A DNA stretch of 64,000 bases from Psilocybe cubensis (lineage: Eukaryota). Under the pieces are notes generated by a model, which searched no databases, was not told the origin of the DNA, and saw only the letters and a list, made by a program, of their open reading frames with translations. Positions 51,701 through 62,911 of the stretch are shown one piece after another; position 1 is the first letter of the stretch; every line of letters begins with the position of its first letter. The stretch covers positions 2,604,001-2,668,000 of the forward strand of contig CM039004.1 in the NCBI GenBank assembly GCA_017499595.2, given 5' to 3'. Made by a program: the position numbers and the translations under genes.

Positions 51701-54700
51701 AGGCGTGTATACTAATTCCCCTTAAGAGCCGGAAACGCAAAAAATGGCAGAGGTATGTATGCCACGTCGTTGCTACGAGCCTGCAATATCTGCAATCGAG
51801 TACGTCTTACGGCGGCCTTCTGGGCTCTGGAGCACCGAGTTACAACGTGATTCGCTAGCCGAGGAGTTCTATACAGGTCTATATTAAGATACGGGAAGAT
51901 TGAACCGACGTAAATCGATGAATTGGGGGAGGTGGAGGGTGTTATTCGTTTGAATATTAAACTGTTTGCTTCTTTCTCTATTCAATTTCTGTCATTCCTG
52001 AGTAGAATTTCTGTCCTTGTACACTATAATATATGCATGAATGCTAAGTATTCTGCTGTGAATTCTGAAATGCTAGAAAACAGAGGTTTACGGGTCGTAT
52101 ACTGTTTTTACATCTCATTTTGCTTCGAATTAAACTTGATTCTTGAAATGCCGAATGTATTGATTAATTTTGTTTACTATCTACACTCCGTATAAGCTTG
52201 AAAGGCTCTTATGAACGCCGCAAAACTCCGAATACGTATGCCACGTCATTATATCTCTTACAATTTCACTCGCAAAATATAGCAGTTTTGACCTTGTGAT
52301 GGCTCTGAACAGCCGATGCACTAGTGTTATTGGATTTATGCATGCGATTGACTTGAGTTGGGCTCGCAATGTGCACACAAATGTACAACGGGGGTCGGGG
52401 AGCTCGTATATGTAATGTTTGATTGCCTGTTTCCGGGACAAAAATGTATGAGCGGGCCTTGACTAGCGTGTTTCCGAGCGCGTAAATCTCATATCTAGAC
52501 AGATAAACGCCACAGTTATCTTCTCAGAGCCTGAAATGTGACCTATTGCGCTCGTTAAACCTGGTTCTGGCTGATATAACTTGACCCTTTGAGTGGATTC
52601 ATCTACTGTGAACTCGGGTAAACAAACATAGGGCGCTTATTTAAATTATCCTAGAAAACACTACTGTCTGCAAGGTCTGATTAGCAGGTGCAATACTATT
52701 CAAACGACACTGTAGAATGACCTGGAAAGCACTTACGTAAAAGCGGGCCTGAATGTCAGATTAAGATTAGTTGACAATCGCGATTGGGATGCAAAAGTAA
52801 ATCGGGTGCGAGTCCGACTATCCCTAATGCGGATTCCTAGGAAGCAGCGGCGCTTATTGGATGTTACAGCATCTTTTTCTGTAGCATTTCGTCATTAAGT
52901 TAGTTGTGGCCATGGCCATTCAGCAGCCCTAAGACGCGTCTGACGCGTCGCGTCGCGTTCAGGTGACTTGAAACCTGGTTATTTTAGGAATACACGTTTC
53001 GCGTTCGTGTCGTGCCAGCGGGTGTTTTATTTTGAGTCCACCTAGCTGAGGCGGTTTGGGCCCGTATGAACGTAATGATGACTGAACGTTGTGAGGCAAC
53101 GTTCAACAAAACCACGGAGTTCTACACGAATGTGGATGTCCGGGTCTACAGTGTTACACCCAGCGGATGCTACATGTTGGATTGCGTACAAGTCTTGGAG
53201 TTCAGAAGCTAATACTCGGTCATGGAGTAAAAGGGGTGTTGTAATTTTGTTTGCTAAATCTACATGATTTTGGATACTAGGATGCGGATGTACTATACTT
53301 TTTCCAATGTATTGCATACTCCAATGAATAGAATCCAAGATTGAATGCAGAAAAGTGTGCCAAAGAAAAGCGGAATTGCACATAGCCAAGAACTCCTAAG
53401 AAAAGAGTTATGGCATTTCAATAGAGAAAATTTACTTGCCTCGTAATCTTCGGAAACGAAGTGCAGTGAAGCGAGGCTAGTGGAATTGATGAAGCTAAAG
53501 AAAATGGCCTGAGGTGCCAATTAAAATGCAATGCGACCCTTGGAAAAAAGGTATAAAGAGGGACTCACATTTCATTGACTCCAGCTATGCGTTATGCCCT
53601 AATGCTGGGGGCATGCCATTCCATTATTTCTTCGTTGTCGAGACTCGCCCCTATCTTGTGTTTGGCCATACCAAACATGATGTTGCGGCACGCGTCTTGA
53701 CCTTGATCTATGACCATGCGTAAGTCTTTCATCTTTTCACAAGGCTTTCAGAGTACTGACATCACGTTGCAGTCTTCGATTTAAGATTCAAACGTCCCGG
53801 GAACGCTATTAAGAAGATAATTAGGTATGTGACTTGACATGTAGTTTATCCCGTGTACTGACTGTGTATTAGATGGCATATGGAAGCCATACGTCGATAC
53901 CTAGGGAGGATAGAAGGTAAGTTTAATACCTTTCAGAGTTCTGTGTGTGATCTAACCTTGTTTATGTAGCCAGGATGCTCCGACGCTATATATCGCTTTC
54001 CGGCGACCGCCCTCACATTGGAATACATGTAGACAGCTAGGGGTCAGGTTGATCATGGTAAGTACATTACTTTTGTGGGTTCTGGATATGATCTGACCTT
54101 GATTTTGTCGATCAGACTGCCCCAAGATGATGTATCGTGTTCCCGCGACCTGCTGTTGCACCTCGAGACGATGTATGGAGGCCCCGCGATCCGACATTCA
54201 AACGACTCCATGTTTTGCCAGCGAGTCCCACCCCTACGCGATAGACCTGGTAAGTTTATAATCTTTCAGGGTGTTGGACCTTTTTTGACCGTGTTTTTTG
54301 TAGCCAAATGCTCCGACACGACATATCAGTTTCCCGCAACCTTCACACGTTTGGGTATGCATTGATGGTTAGGCCTGTATTAAGCCTAGGTTATGGTAAG
54401 TACCCTATTTGGGATGTGTTCTGACGTTGTTTTTGTAGCTCAGAATGCTGCGACACCATGTATCGCGTTCCCGCAAGCTACCCATCATTCCGGCGCCTTT
54501 GTCATTCCATCCAACACGATACAACGAGCCCCGTCAGCATGCAACGTTACGCACCCGCACCAACTTCCACGACCAGCCTGTTTTCATCAAGTACGTCTCT
54601 CGGCCACATACGCATTTCGCCCCAACACAACATGTCACCGTCCGGCGAGCTGGCACGTTGCTCCGATGCAACGTACAGACATCCGGCGAGCTAGAGAGAC

Positions 54701-55284
54701 AGGAAGGACCTTCCCCGCCAGGTGCAGACACCGTGTCGTATGTCCTGGTGACCTTTGCGTTGCCACGGTGTTGTACGCGTTAACACGTCATTGGACTTGT
54801 AAGCAATAACCATCTTTCCTGTGGTTAACAATGACTGACCAGCCTGTTTCCATCAAGTATCCGCACCAGCCAGTCTCGCAGCCACGCCCCAACACAACGT
54901 ATTACCAAACGTTGGAGAGACTTGGGTAACTTGTAAGCAATCCCCGTCTTTCCATGGTTAACAATGACTGACTTGTTGCCTTTAGCAGGACTGACTTTGA
55001 TTTGAAACTTGGGATCAGGTATGTTTCTTGGAGTAGATAGACCGGTTACGCCCCTGCTTGGCCTTTGGGCGGGGCTAACCTCTGCTCGTACAATAAATTG
55101 AAGGTGTTGTGTTGCATGGACTACGCTCTTTTTTCGTGCTATAATTAGATCTCGACATTTTACCGACCCAAAACACACCAGAAAAAATCTCAAGCGAGCA
55201 TCAAGTACGCAATTCACAGATGAGGACTCTCAAAGACTTCCTCTTTTAAAATGCTCCCTGATCCAGTCAATGCATAGAGCCCGA

Positions 55285-56178
55285 TCAGGTAATTGGACGA
55301 GCTTGATCCCGACCTGTAATGATGTCTGCGGCGTAGTAGGCAGGTCCCGTGTATTCGGATAAATGTGGGCAGGCTGTGATAGAGAGATGCGCCTCTGGCG
55401 AGGGTCTTTCAAAAGCCACCTCGTCGATTGCGGTAAATTCGATACAGAGTTCCTGTAGGAGAGGGCACTGCTCCAAAGCGGAGTAGAGCTCGCGGTAGTG
55501 TCCTTTACCGGCAGAGATATTCAAGTTGGTCAGGGTGGGACAAACTCCAATCATGAGCTCAACGCGGAAGGTTGGGTTGGCCTCTTGTTGTAGATATCCC
55601 GTTAAATGGTCGAAGCAACGCAAGCACTTCGTGGTAATGGAAACAATGCAGTTGATGAACCGCAGTAATTCCAGGTTGTCCAAAGTGTTCAAAGCTGTAA
55701 CAGTCTCATCGTCAATGACAACGTTTGCCATAATGAGGCTCGTCAATCCGATGTAGAGCGGAAGGCTTGCTCTGAACAATGGCCACATCGCGTCAGCATA
55801 CGTTCGCAAAAAAATTTTCTTTGCGCTCTCCTTGTTGACCAAATCAGGGGTAGTAGGCTGGGGCAAATATCCTATATAGTTCCAAAAGCGGACATGGCGC
55901 GCCAGAGGGCTCAATGGGAGCTCGGTAAACCTTCGGCGAGATAGTTCTTGCATTTCAATCACGGAGCTTGGGTATTGATGAGGTTCGACCTTGCTAAAAT
56001 CAAAACGGTCTATCATGTTGTATGCTCTAAACATCAGACTTCGGAATAGAACAGGTCGAGCACTGTCCCGGATGTGCCGTGGCATTTCAGGAGAGCAAAG
56101 GGCGCGGACTTCATCAGGTGAGTAGCACTCGTCCGCAATCTTCGTCCATAGTTCGGCCGCGAGTTGATCCCACCCCAT
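55285..56178 (-). pseudogene. 3'-truncated copy of the F-box-like gene, second copy
   Basis: Same as 45107-46000 at +10178. Confidence 0.85.
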
Positions 56179-57336
56179 TTGCGCAGGAGGTTATCCAGAA
56201 GTGAAATAGACCCACGATGAAATGGATGGGTTGAAAATAACATAGTGCCACCTTAAATAGGGTCATATTGACAAAGGCGTTACCATGGAGCAGATCTGTA
56301 GACCAATGTAATTGTTAACAAAGGACAAAAGACATGACGATTACTACCGAGATCTAATGCACCAAAAGGCTTCCTGACAATAGGCTAGCTAACTGCTACC
56401 ACTCTGGTACTACCCACGGGGACACAGACAAAAAAACTACAACACAATTCAACGACGTAAAATTAAAACAAAGTCGTGTGATAAGATATAAGGCGAGTAA
56501 GGGCGGGTCCGAATCACGTCGTTTGGCATAATACCTTGAAGCTATACCTTTAACTAGTCAAAGTGTGCAAGCCAGAAAATACGCCTTTACTCTGGCATTT
56601 CGAGTGGGTGTAAGTGTGTTAACATACATCAGGTTAAGCAAATTTTTAGTAGATTAAGAACATACACCCCTGATAAATAGCTACAGGAATGTACAAGGAT
56701 GACTATGCATAATGTCCGGCTCTAGGCGGGCGACTGGCAATCAAGTCGATAAAGGCCTGCCCCATATTTAATTCTTTTTTCCAGCTCATGAGTCCTGCAG
56801 TAATATGGCATACATCATATCATTCCCTGCTCCTTCACTGAGATATCTCAGAATCCGTTTCGTTGTTGGCATCAGCGATTTTATGACCCAAACTGTCGAG
56901 GAGCTACAAAAGGTTGGCAACACCTCAGACTATCGTGTCCAGCATCTCAGCCTTAATATATGTACAGCTGATGTGGCACCTACCCTTGATTTCCGCCTTA
57001 TTCAAAGCATTTTCGGTGATCTTAACAAGTGGCCTGCCTTGGAAAGATTTTCATTTTGATCTCTCTCAATGAAGATTGGGATACAAATTTGCGACTTTGA
57101 CCTGAGGGACAGAAAATTTCGATTCTTTCACTAATTTATTGTTAGAAGATGATAAAATTTGTGGCAGGTTGGAAACTATGTACGTAGAAGCCTCACGTTA
57201 AAGTCAGGTAGATATTTATTTCCAGCTCCAGTCAGGCTGAGACCAAGAAACAGATAGTCGTGGAGAGTCAAAAATCGGGATAAGACAGCCAGAAAGTCCC
57301 GAGTCAGTTTCCCATTAGTACATCTATAAATGAGAG

Positions 57337-58425
57337 TCAAGACTTTGGTGTACATGTGGTATAGCTCCGCCGATGATACACCAGAGGCAGTGGCCGTTCT
57401 TCAGCTTCAGCTTCAGCCTCTGCATCCACCACACCCTCTCCCTGCACCGGCTCCACCCTCACCACCCGCGCAATAAACAACTCTGATGCAACCTCGCCCT
57501 TCTCGCTCCTTAGCGGCGGCATAACCGCCTCTCCTTTTCGCTGCCTCTGCTCCAGGTAATTCAAGTCGTATAGGGGTATTGGCCTACCTACGAGGCGGCA
57601 CGACAGCGCGCCTACAGAACCATCTATAACAGGCAGCCCATCGGCGCTGAGCGTATACCGCGTCAGCTTTGATCTCCCGCTATTACTGAAAGGCGTGGGG
57701 TGTAAATCCGGCCTCGAGAACGTAAACGCCGTCTGCGCCTGCGACGCCGCGAGAAGGTTGATTACCATATGTGCGCGTTCTTCTTCTCCTTCTCCGGAGG
57801 ATTCTTGAGCTTCTGCCATAGTTGTCAGCGCACTGGCCATACGTGACGGAATACGCAGCGCGAACGCTACGAGCGGGTATGGGTCCATTGCAATCGATGT
57901 GAACGACGAGAGCGTCGCACCGTGGTACTCTGGAAGCACCGCGCTGCGCAATGATAGCTCTGGATCGTCAGCGTCTGAGACAGATGCGGAACGCGAGGAG
58001 GAGAGGGAAGGGGATTTGATAGATGTTACGACTGCCACGGGCTGTGCGACGTCCCGCAGGAGCGCACACACGTCGGCTTTGAGCTTCTTCTGTTTCTGTT
58101 TCTGCGTCGCAAATGTTTGTCTGCTTTCGAGGTCTACGGGGGTTGATGTCGAAGTGGAGGCGGAAGAACCCTTGGACGTTGAAGAAAAGACGTATTTAGA
58201 TGTGGAATCTGCAGCTGCAGCTGCATTTGTATACCTCCTTCTCTGCACTGAACGCGCCTTCGCTGTGCACCCAACACCCTCCCCCGCCCCTTGTCGATCC
58301 CTACATCCGCTCCCGCTCGAAACCCCGAAGGATGTTGAAAATGAAAGAGAACCATGTGCGCTGGCAGTGCTAACAAGCCTCTGTATGCATCTTGGCTTTG
58401 CATGGGATTTAGCCACTGCAAACAT
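57337..58425 (-). CDS. Flavin-reductase-like (FMN-binding split barrel) protein, probably mitochondrial
   Basis: LRDVAQPVAVVT, HGATLSSFTSIAMDPYPLVAFAL, SELFIARV, PLVYHRRSY; Arg/Ser-rich presequence-like start MFAVAK; single intact ORF. Confidence 0.85.
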   Translation of the reverse strand: MFAVAKSHAKPRCIQRLVSTASAHGSLSFSTSFGVSSGSGCRDRQGAGEGVGCTAKARSVQRRRYTNAAAAADSTSKYVFSSTSKGSSASTSTSTPVDLESRQTFATQKQKQKKLKADVCALLRDVAQPVAVVTSIKSPSLSSSRSASVSDADDPELSLRSAVLPEYHGATLSSFTSIAMDPYPLVAFALRIPSRMASALTTMAEAQESSGEGEEERAHMVINLLAASQAQTAFTFSRPDLHPTPFSNSGRSKLTRYTLSADGLPVIDGSVGALSCRLVGRPIPLYDLNYLEQRQRKGEAVMPPLRSEKGEVASELFIARVVRVEPVQGEGVVDAEAEAEAEERPLPLVYHRRSYTTCTPKS

Positions 58426-58512
58426 GGAGAAAATTCTTGGGCGTAAGATGAGAAAACCGTGTGACGCGCACTGGAGGCGCATCACGGATGATGTCACCTG
58501 TCACATATCGAA

Positions 58513-58566
58513 TATAACTTGTCGAGGTTTTGGTGGGGGTTTGCTCTTGACCACCACCATCTCTCC
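58513..58566 (+). promoter_or_regulatory. Putative TATA box and leader of the third hairpin unit, divergent from the flavin reductase gene
   Basis: TATAA at 58513, then ACCACCACCATCTCTCC at 58550, identical to the unit 1 leader; possible intron 58663-58732. Confidence 0.45.
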
Positions 58567-59049
58567 CTTTGTGACATCCTTTTCTCGAGTGAGCTCTAAA
58601 TATCTGCGATTCATCCATATCAATCATCCATTTCTCAACACATCGCATAAGTGGCGAGTCTGGTAAGCCACACCTATTACCCGTTCGTTTAACCTGTTTG
58701 AGTCTATAATACTCGACAATTATCGATTTCAGAGATAACCAACCCTATGGGCGAGGAAATTTGTGGTTTCTTAGTCCTGCATGCGCATATATGCGCTTAT
58801 TTTTTAGCAGCACATCGGAATTCTATGCTGCTGTCGGCAGAATTTCACAGCTTTTTTGCGTATATATGCGCATATATGCGATGTGTGTGGCTTCCTCCCC
58901 TTGTGCCTTGTGTGCTCGTTTTTGCATTTCGGTTTCTTCAAACCTTTCTGGCTCGACGGTGTTCTACATGCGCATATATGCGTTGACTCTCGTTCTGGTG
59001 ACAGCTTTTATCCTTTGCGTTTTCTTTTTTGACTCTCGTACTATGTGTT

Positions 59050-59140
59050 ATTGGAGACAGGTTGCCTGCATCCCTCTGTCCCGCGCATACAAGGCCCTCC
59101 GCCGCTTTTGTGCCATGTGATGCACAGACCTATCTTCAAT
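59050..59140 (+). ncRNA. Distinct 91-nt imperfect hairpin
   Basis: ATTGGAGACAGGT/ACCTATCTTCAAT, TGCATC/GATGCA and GCATACAAGGC/GCTTTTGTGC stems, with G:U pairs favouring the + strand. Confidence 0.4.
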
Positions 59141-59177
59141 CTGTTCAAGGTTAAATGTTTGCAACTTGCGCCCATAT

Positions 59178-59272
59178 TCTTGATGCTATACCGCATTCAC
59201 AATTCCGTGCCTCGGACTGACTGAAATAATTCACGCTTTAATCAACGGATGGTGTCAATAGGAAGCATAACT
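59178..59272 (+). ncRNA. Hairpin family copy 4, degenerate and inverted
   Basis: Aligns end to end with the reverse complement of copy 2 (TCTTGAT..TTCACA.TTCCG.GCCTCGGA.TGACTG..AATCAACGGAT.GTGT..ATAGGAAGCAT); basal stem lost. Confidence 0.5.
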
Positions 59273-59452
59273 GTATCTTTTTTGGCACAAGTTGGCCGGC
59301 AATCACGTCACGTCTGCGGCGAGTCACGGCACATGACCAAGTTGAATATGCGGCGTAACGGGTCACATTCACAGGCGTGTTTCTTTTACTTGGACGGACC
59401 TCATTAGGAAGCGGGCTTGCCACATTCCATTCACACTGGACTCGGCCTGATC

Positions 59453-62170
59453 ATGATATTTCCATTCTCCTTCCGCTTCGCTATTCCGGGGCTCTTCAAT
59501 CCCTTTGCGGTGCCCCAGCAGCCTCCCCCGACGACCCAGCCAGCAACGGCGAACAGGGACAGCCTGCGTGCTGCTGCTCTTCGGATCCAGCAATCTCCGA
59601 CGTCAAGGATTATAGCGGGTTCACAGGAGCCATATCAATACCCCGCAGCGCCTGCTTATCCATCTTCATCTTCATCTTCCTCCTCCATCCCGCTACCGAC
59701 TAACAACAACAGGCGGATATCCCGCTCACAGCTGCCCAAGATCCCACGGCGACACCACTCGCCGGACACCACTCCGACAACACTCCGCGCGCTGCCGCTG
59801 TCCCGCAAGCGCGGGTGGGAGCCGACATTCGGTGCTGAGAGTCTTGCATCGTCTACGGGGAGCCTGAATAGCACAGGCAAGGCGAGCTCGACCACCTCGC
59901 TCAGTTTCACGTCGCCAGAGGGATACCTTGATACGCCCGCTCGGTACCGCGAGATGATGGAAGGGGATATGGATATGCGTATGAGTGATGAGAGGCGCTT
60001 TGCGCAGGGTGAGTTCTGTTTTGCTCTGTCTGGGTGCTTGGGTCGGGATGTCTGCGCCCTTTGTTTTATCGAGTATGAGACTTTACTTTTTTGTGTTCTT
60101 GTTTCTCTTTATGTTTCTCTTTTGTGTTATGCTCTCTTCATTTGAGGGCAGGGAGGGTGATCATCACATTCGCATCAGCAATGATTTCCACTACGTGCAC
60201 CGTAGTCGCTGCCTCGCGTCATCCACGACGCTCATATATCTTGTTTTCACTCGAGGCGTATCGGCATACACCCTGTCCCACCACCTCGCGCACACCACGT
60301 GCATGATGACCCCTGTGTGGCTACTGCATGGCGCAGGGCATTTATACCTGCTTCATCTCTGCCTGTTTTCCCCTTCATCTACTTTCACTGTCATCGCATC
60401 AGTCTTCATCGCAGCGCAGTACTACAACACTCGTGCACATCACTCTTGAGGGGGAGGATTATCCCCCTGCTTATTTTATTCGTTACTCTTCATTTGCGCC
60501 TTTGATTTTATAGGCTGAGCTGCGCTCGCCTTCCCCCTTTTCCATTACATTTCAACAACCCAATGCCGTACTTTGCGAGTCCAAAGACCAAGCGCAGGCA
60601 GCAGCTTGCGCTCTTACAGCTGCGCGCGCGGATCGTCGCGTTTTTGCGCACGCACTTTCCTTTTTTGTTCTCTTCATCTCCTTCGCGTTCAACGTTGACG
60701 CCGCTCTCGACTGAGTCGGAGCGGTCGTTGCTTTTACCACGGGCACTCTCGCCTCTCTCTCCGCGCCTTTCTCTTTCTCCTCATCCCTATTCATACTCTC
60801 ATTTCCATTCACATTCACATTCCTATTTGTCCCTAACTCAAGCACCTCCCTCTTCTACAATGTCCGAATCATCAACTAATCTCCTCCCCATCCATCTCCC
60901 CCACCACCCCGCTCCTACAACTACAGATGAGACCGCCGCCGCCACTGACTCGGAACCACCGCACAAGAAACGCCGCGGCCTCGCGGGTTCGATCGTGTCG
61001 ACCGCTGTGAGCGCGGCGCTCATTGGCACGGCTGTTGGGTTGACTGTATACCGCCTGTGAGTTTATGTCTTCCCTTTCCTGTTATCTTGCTTTCGTTTAT
61101 CATACATTGTAGATGGAGGGATAGGGGCAAAGAGGGTCAAATCGCGAACAGTGCACATAATGCTACAGACTCGGACTCGGATCAGCCACCGCCTCCGCCA
61201 TACGACGAAGCCGTCGGTTCCCGCATTACCCAACATCCCACCGTGCCTCTTTCATCCTCTTCTTCCACCTCAACATCTACAACTACGACACAGCGCGTGG
61301 TGCCAACAACACCCGGAACACCCACACCACACACTCGCTTTGGGTCAGGGACAGGAACGGCGAAAGGGAGGAAGAAGCATACAGTCACGGTGCGGCGGGC
61401 AAAGCGTAACACGCCTAGGCAGGGGTATGTGTCTGCGTTTGGCTCGCCCCGTGCGCGCGGGAGTACGAGTGCAGGTGCGAGGGGCGGGGAGTTTGATTTT
61501 GGATATGATTATGCGGGTCGTGAGGATGCTGGGGAGGGGCGCACTGAGGTGGAAGACAAGGTGAGAGGCATTGTGTTTGTATGGGCGATAACTGACCTTT
61601 CTGCAGATGGACTGGATGGGCGACAAGCTGAGCCAGCTGATCGAGCAGGGACGGCGCGCGCTACAGACAGAGGTCGTCGTGATGAGCGAGGCCCGCGAGG
61701 ATGAGGTGGATGATGGTGCTGGGGGTTGGGTGGAGGATGATAACGACGACGACGACGAGGGTGTGGATTCGGATGCAGACTCGATGCGGGGGTATGGTGC
61801 TGGTGCTGGAGGGGGGAGGCGGAGAGCAGGGTCGGTAAGGAGTTTGAGGAGTCTGAGGAGTAAGGCAACGGTGACCCCTAGGAAAACAGACGGGTTGGGT
61901 CTCGGGATATCTGTCCCTTCGTCTTCGTCCATGGCAGCTGCAGCCCCGTTCTACACCGCGTCGTTCGAGCGACCGCCCGTACACGGGCATACGAGGGGCG
62001 TGTCGCATGAGAGCGGACTTGGCTTTGGGCTCAGTACGCCCGGCGGACAAGGAGGATTTGGAGTGACAGAGGAGGAGAGCGGGGCCTGGGAGAGTCCTGA
62101 GATTCGCGCGAGTATGGAGCGGGCGCGTGCGAGGGTGTTGGCTGCGCGCCGGGGTGGGGGTGGTGTATAG
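59453..62170 (+). CDS. Low-complexity hypothetical protein with one TM-like segment, 4 exons
   Basis: MIFPFSFRF..SRKRGWEP..GYLDTPARY | KKRRGLAGSIVSTAVSAALIGTAVGLTVYRL|WRDRG | MDWMGDKLSQLIEQGRRAL. Introns 60009-(60842 or 60926), 61057-61112, 61561-61606 all keep frame. Confidence 0.75.
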
Positions 62171-62911
62171 GTGTGAGGGATATGTGTAGGATAGAAGGAA
62201 GAAAGGATCGGCGGCAGCGTCCACCACACCACAACATTCTACGCCGCGCTCAGAGTTCAAAGCGCGGTCAAAGTCATAGGCATCACCACCCGGTCTCCCC
62301 TCTCGCCATGACTGGCAATGCTACACATTGGTCTTTGGTTTTGCGTAGATGCACTTGGGTATTGCTGGATGATAGAGTGCGACATGCACGCATTTGTATG
62401 TGTATATCCTACCAATGATCACACCACGCGCTTTCAGAGGCAGAGGTGTGGAAATGTAGGAGCAGGGTAGGAAGAAGAGTATGAGGTGCGGTTACAGATA
62501 GAGAAAGGAAAACTTAAAGAAGCGCAATGTTATGTTATGTTTTGTAATCTGCTGTGTGTAAATTAATATTCTTTATTGCTCGAAAAGTCATTTTGAGTAA
62601 GATGAAAATAGTTGAAATCTGTGCTTCATTGGATTCTACAAGCTAACATCATACCCTATGCGTTTGGAGAGTCAAATTACAATATTTACGCCGTAGATTG
62701 TTTACAAGGATTCACGTCGGCTGTTTTCAGGATCGGGTGCAGTATAGTTTTTGTGGATTTTGGAGGTCAAAGCGAGTGGTTTCCAGGGTCCTGCAGTGAC
62801 TAGGGTATTTAAGGCGGTGCTGCTTTGTTCAACCGATGCCGCCGTTTATCCATCGTAAGTATATGGCATTTCTTCTAGGATGCGCTTTACTGATTCAGAC
62901 CTCCTACAGAA

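Larger units (their letters stand above)
34953..57194. repeat. Tandem segmental amplification, period 10,178 bp (about 2.2 units)
   Basis: Every ORF recurs with identical translation at +10178 (35822/46000/56178). Junctions at 45043 and 55221; first mismatch seen at 57195 vs 47017. Confidence 0.95.

Noticed and set aside
34953-57194. The 10-kb unit as a Helitron or other transposon array
   Set aside because: No Rep/helicase, transposase or RT remnants recognised; no TIR, TSD or hairpin-CTAG end at the junction. Cannot be fully excluded without a repeat library search.
57899-58666. 255-aa plus-strand ORF, and similar antisense ORFs over KEX2, the aminopeptidase and the 61-62 kb gene
   Set aside because: Shadow ORFs opposite real GC-rich coding sequence.
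58747-59120. Short Cys/Phe-rich ORFs with repeated CAYMR/AHICA (also at 30.4 and 32.4-33.5 kb) as a peptide family
   Set aside because: These are translations of the GCGCATATATGCG palindrome in varying frames and strands; conservation is at the nucleotide level.
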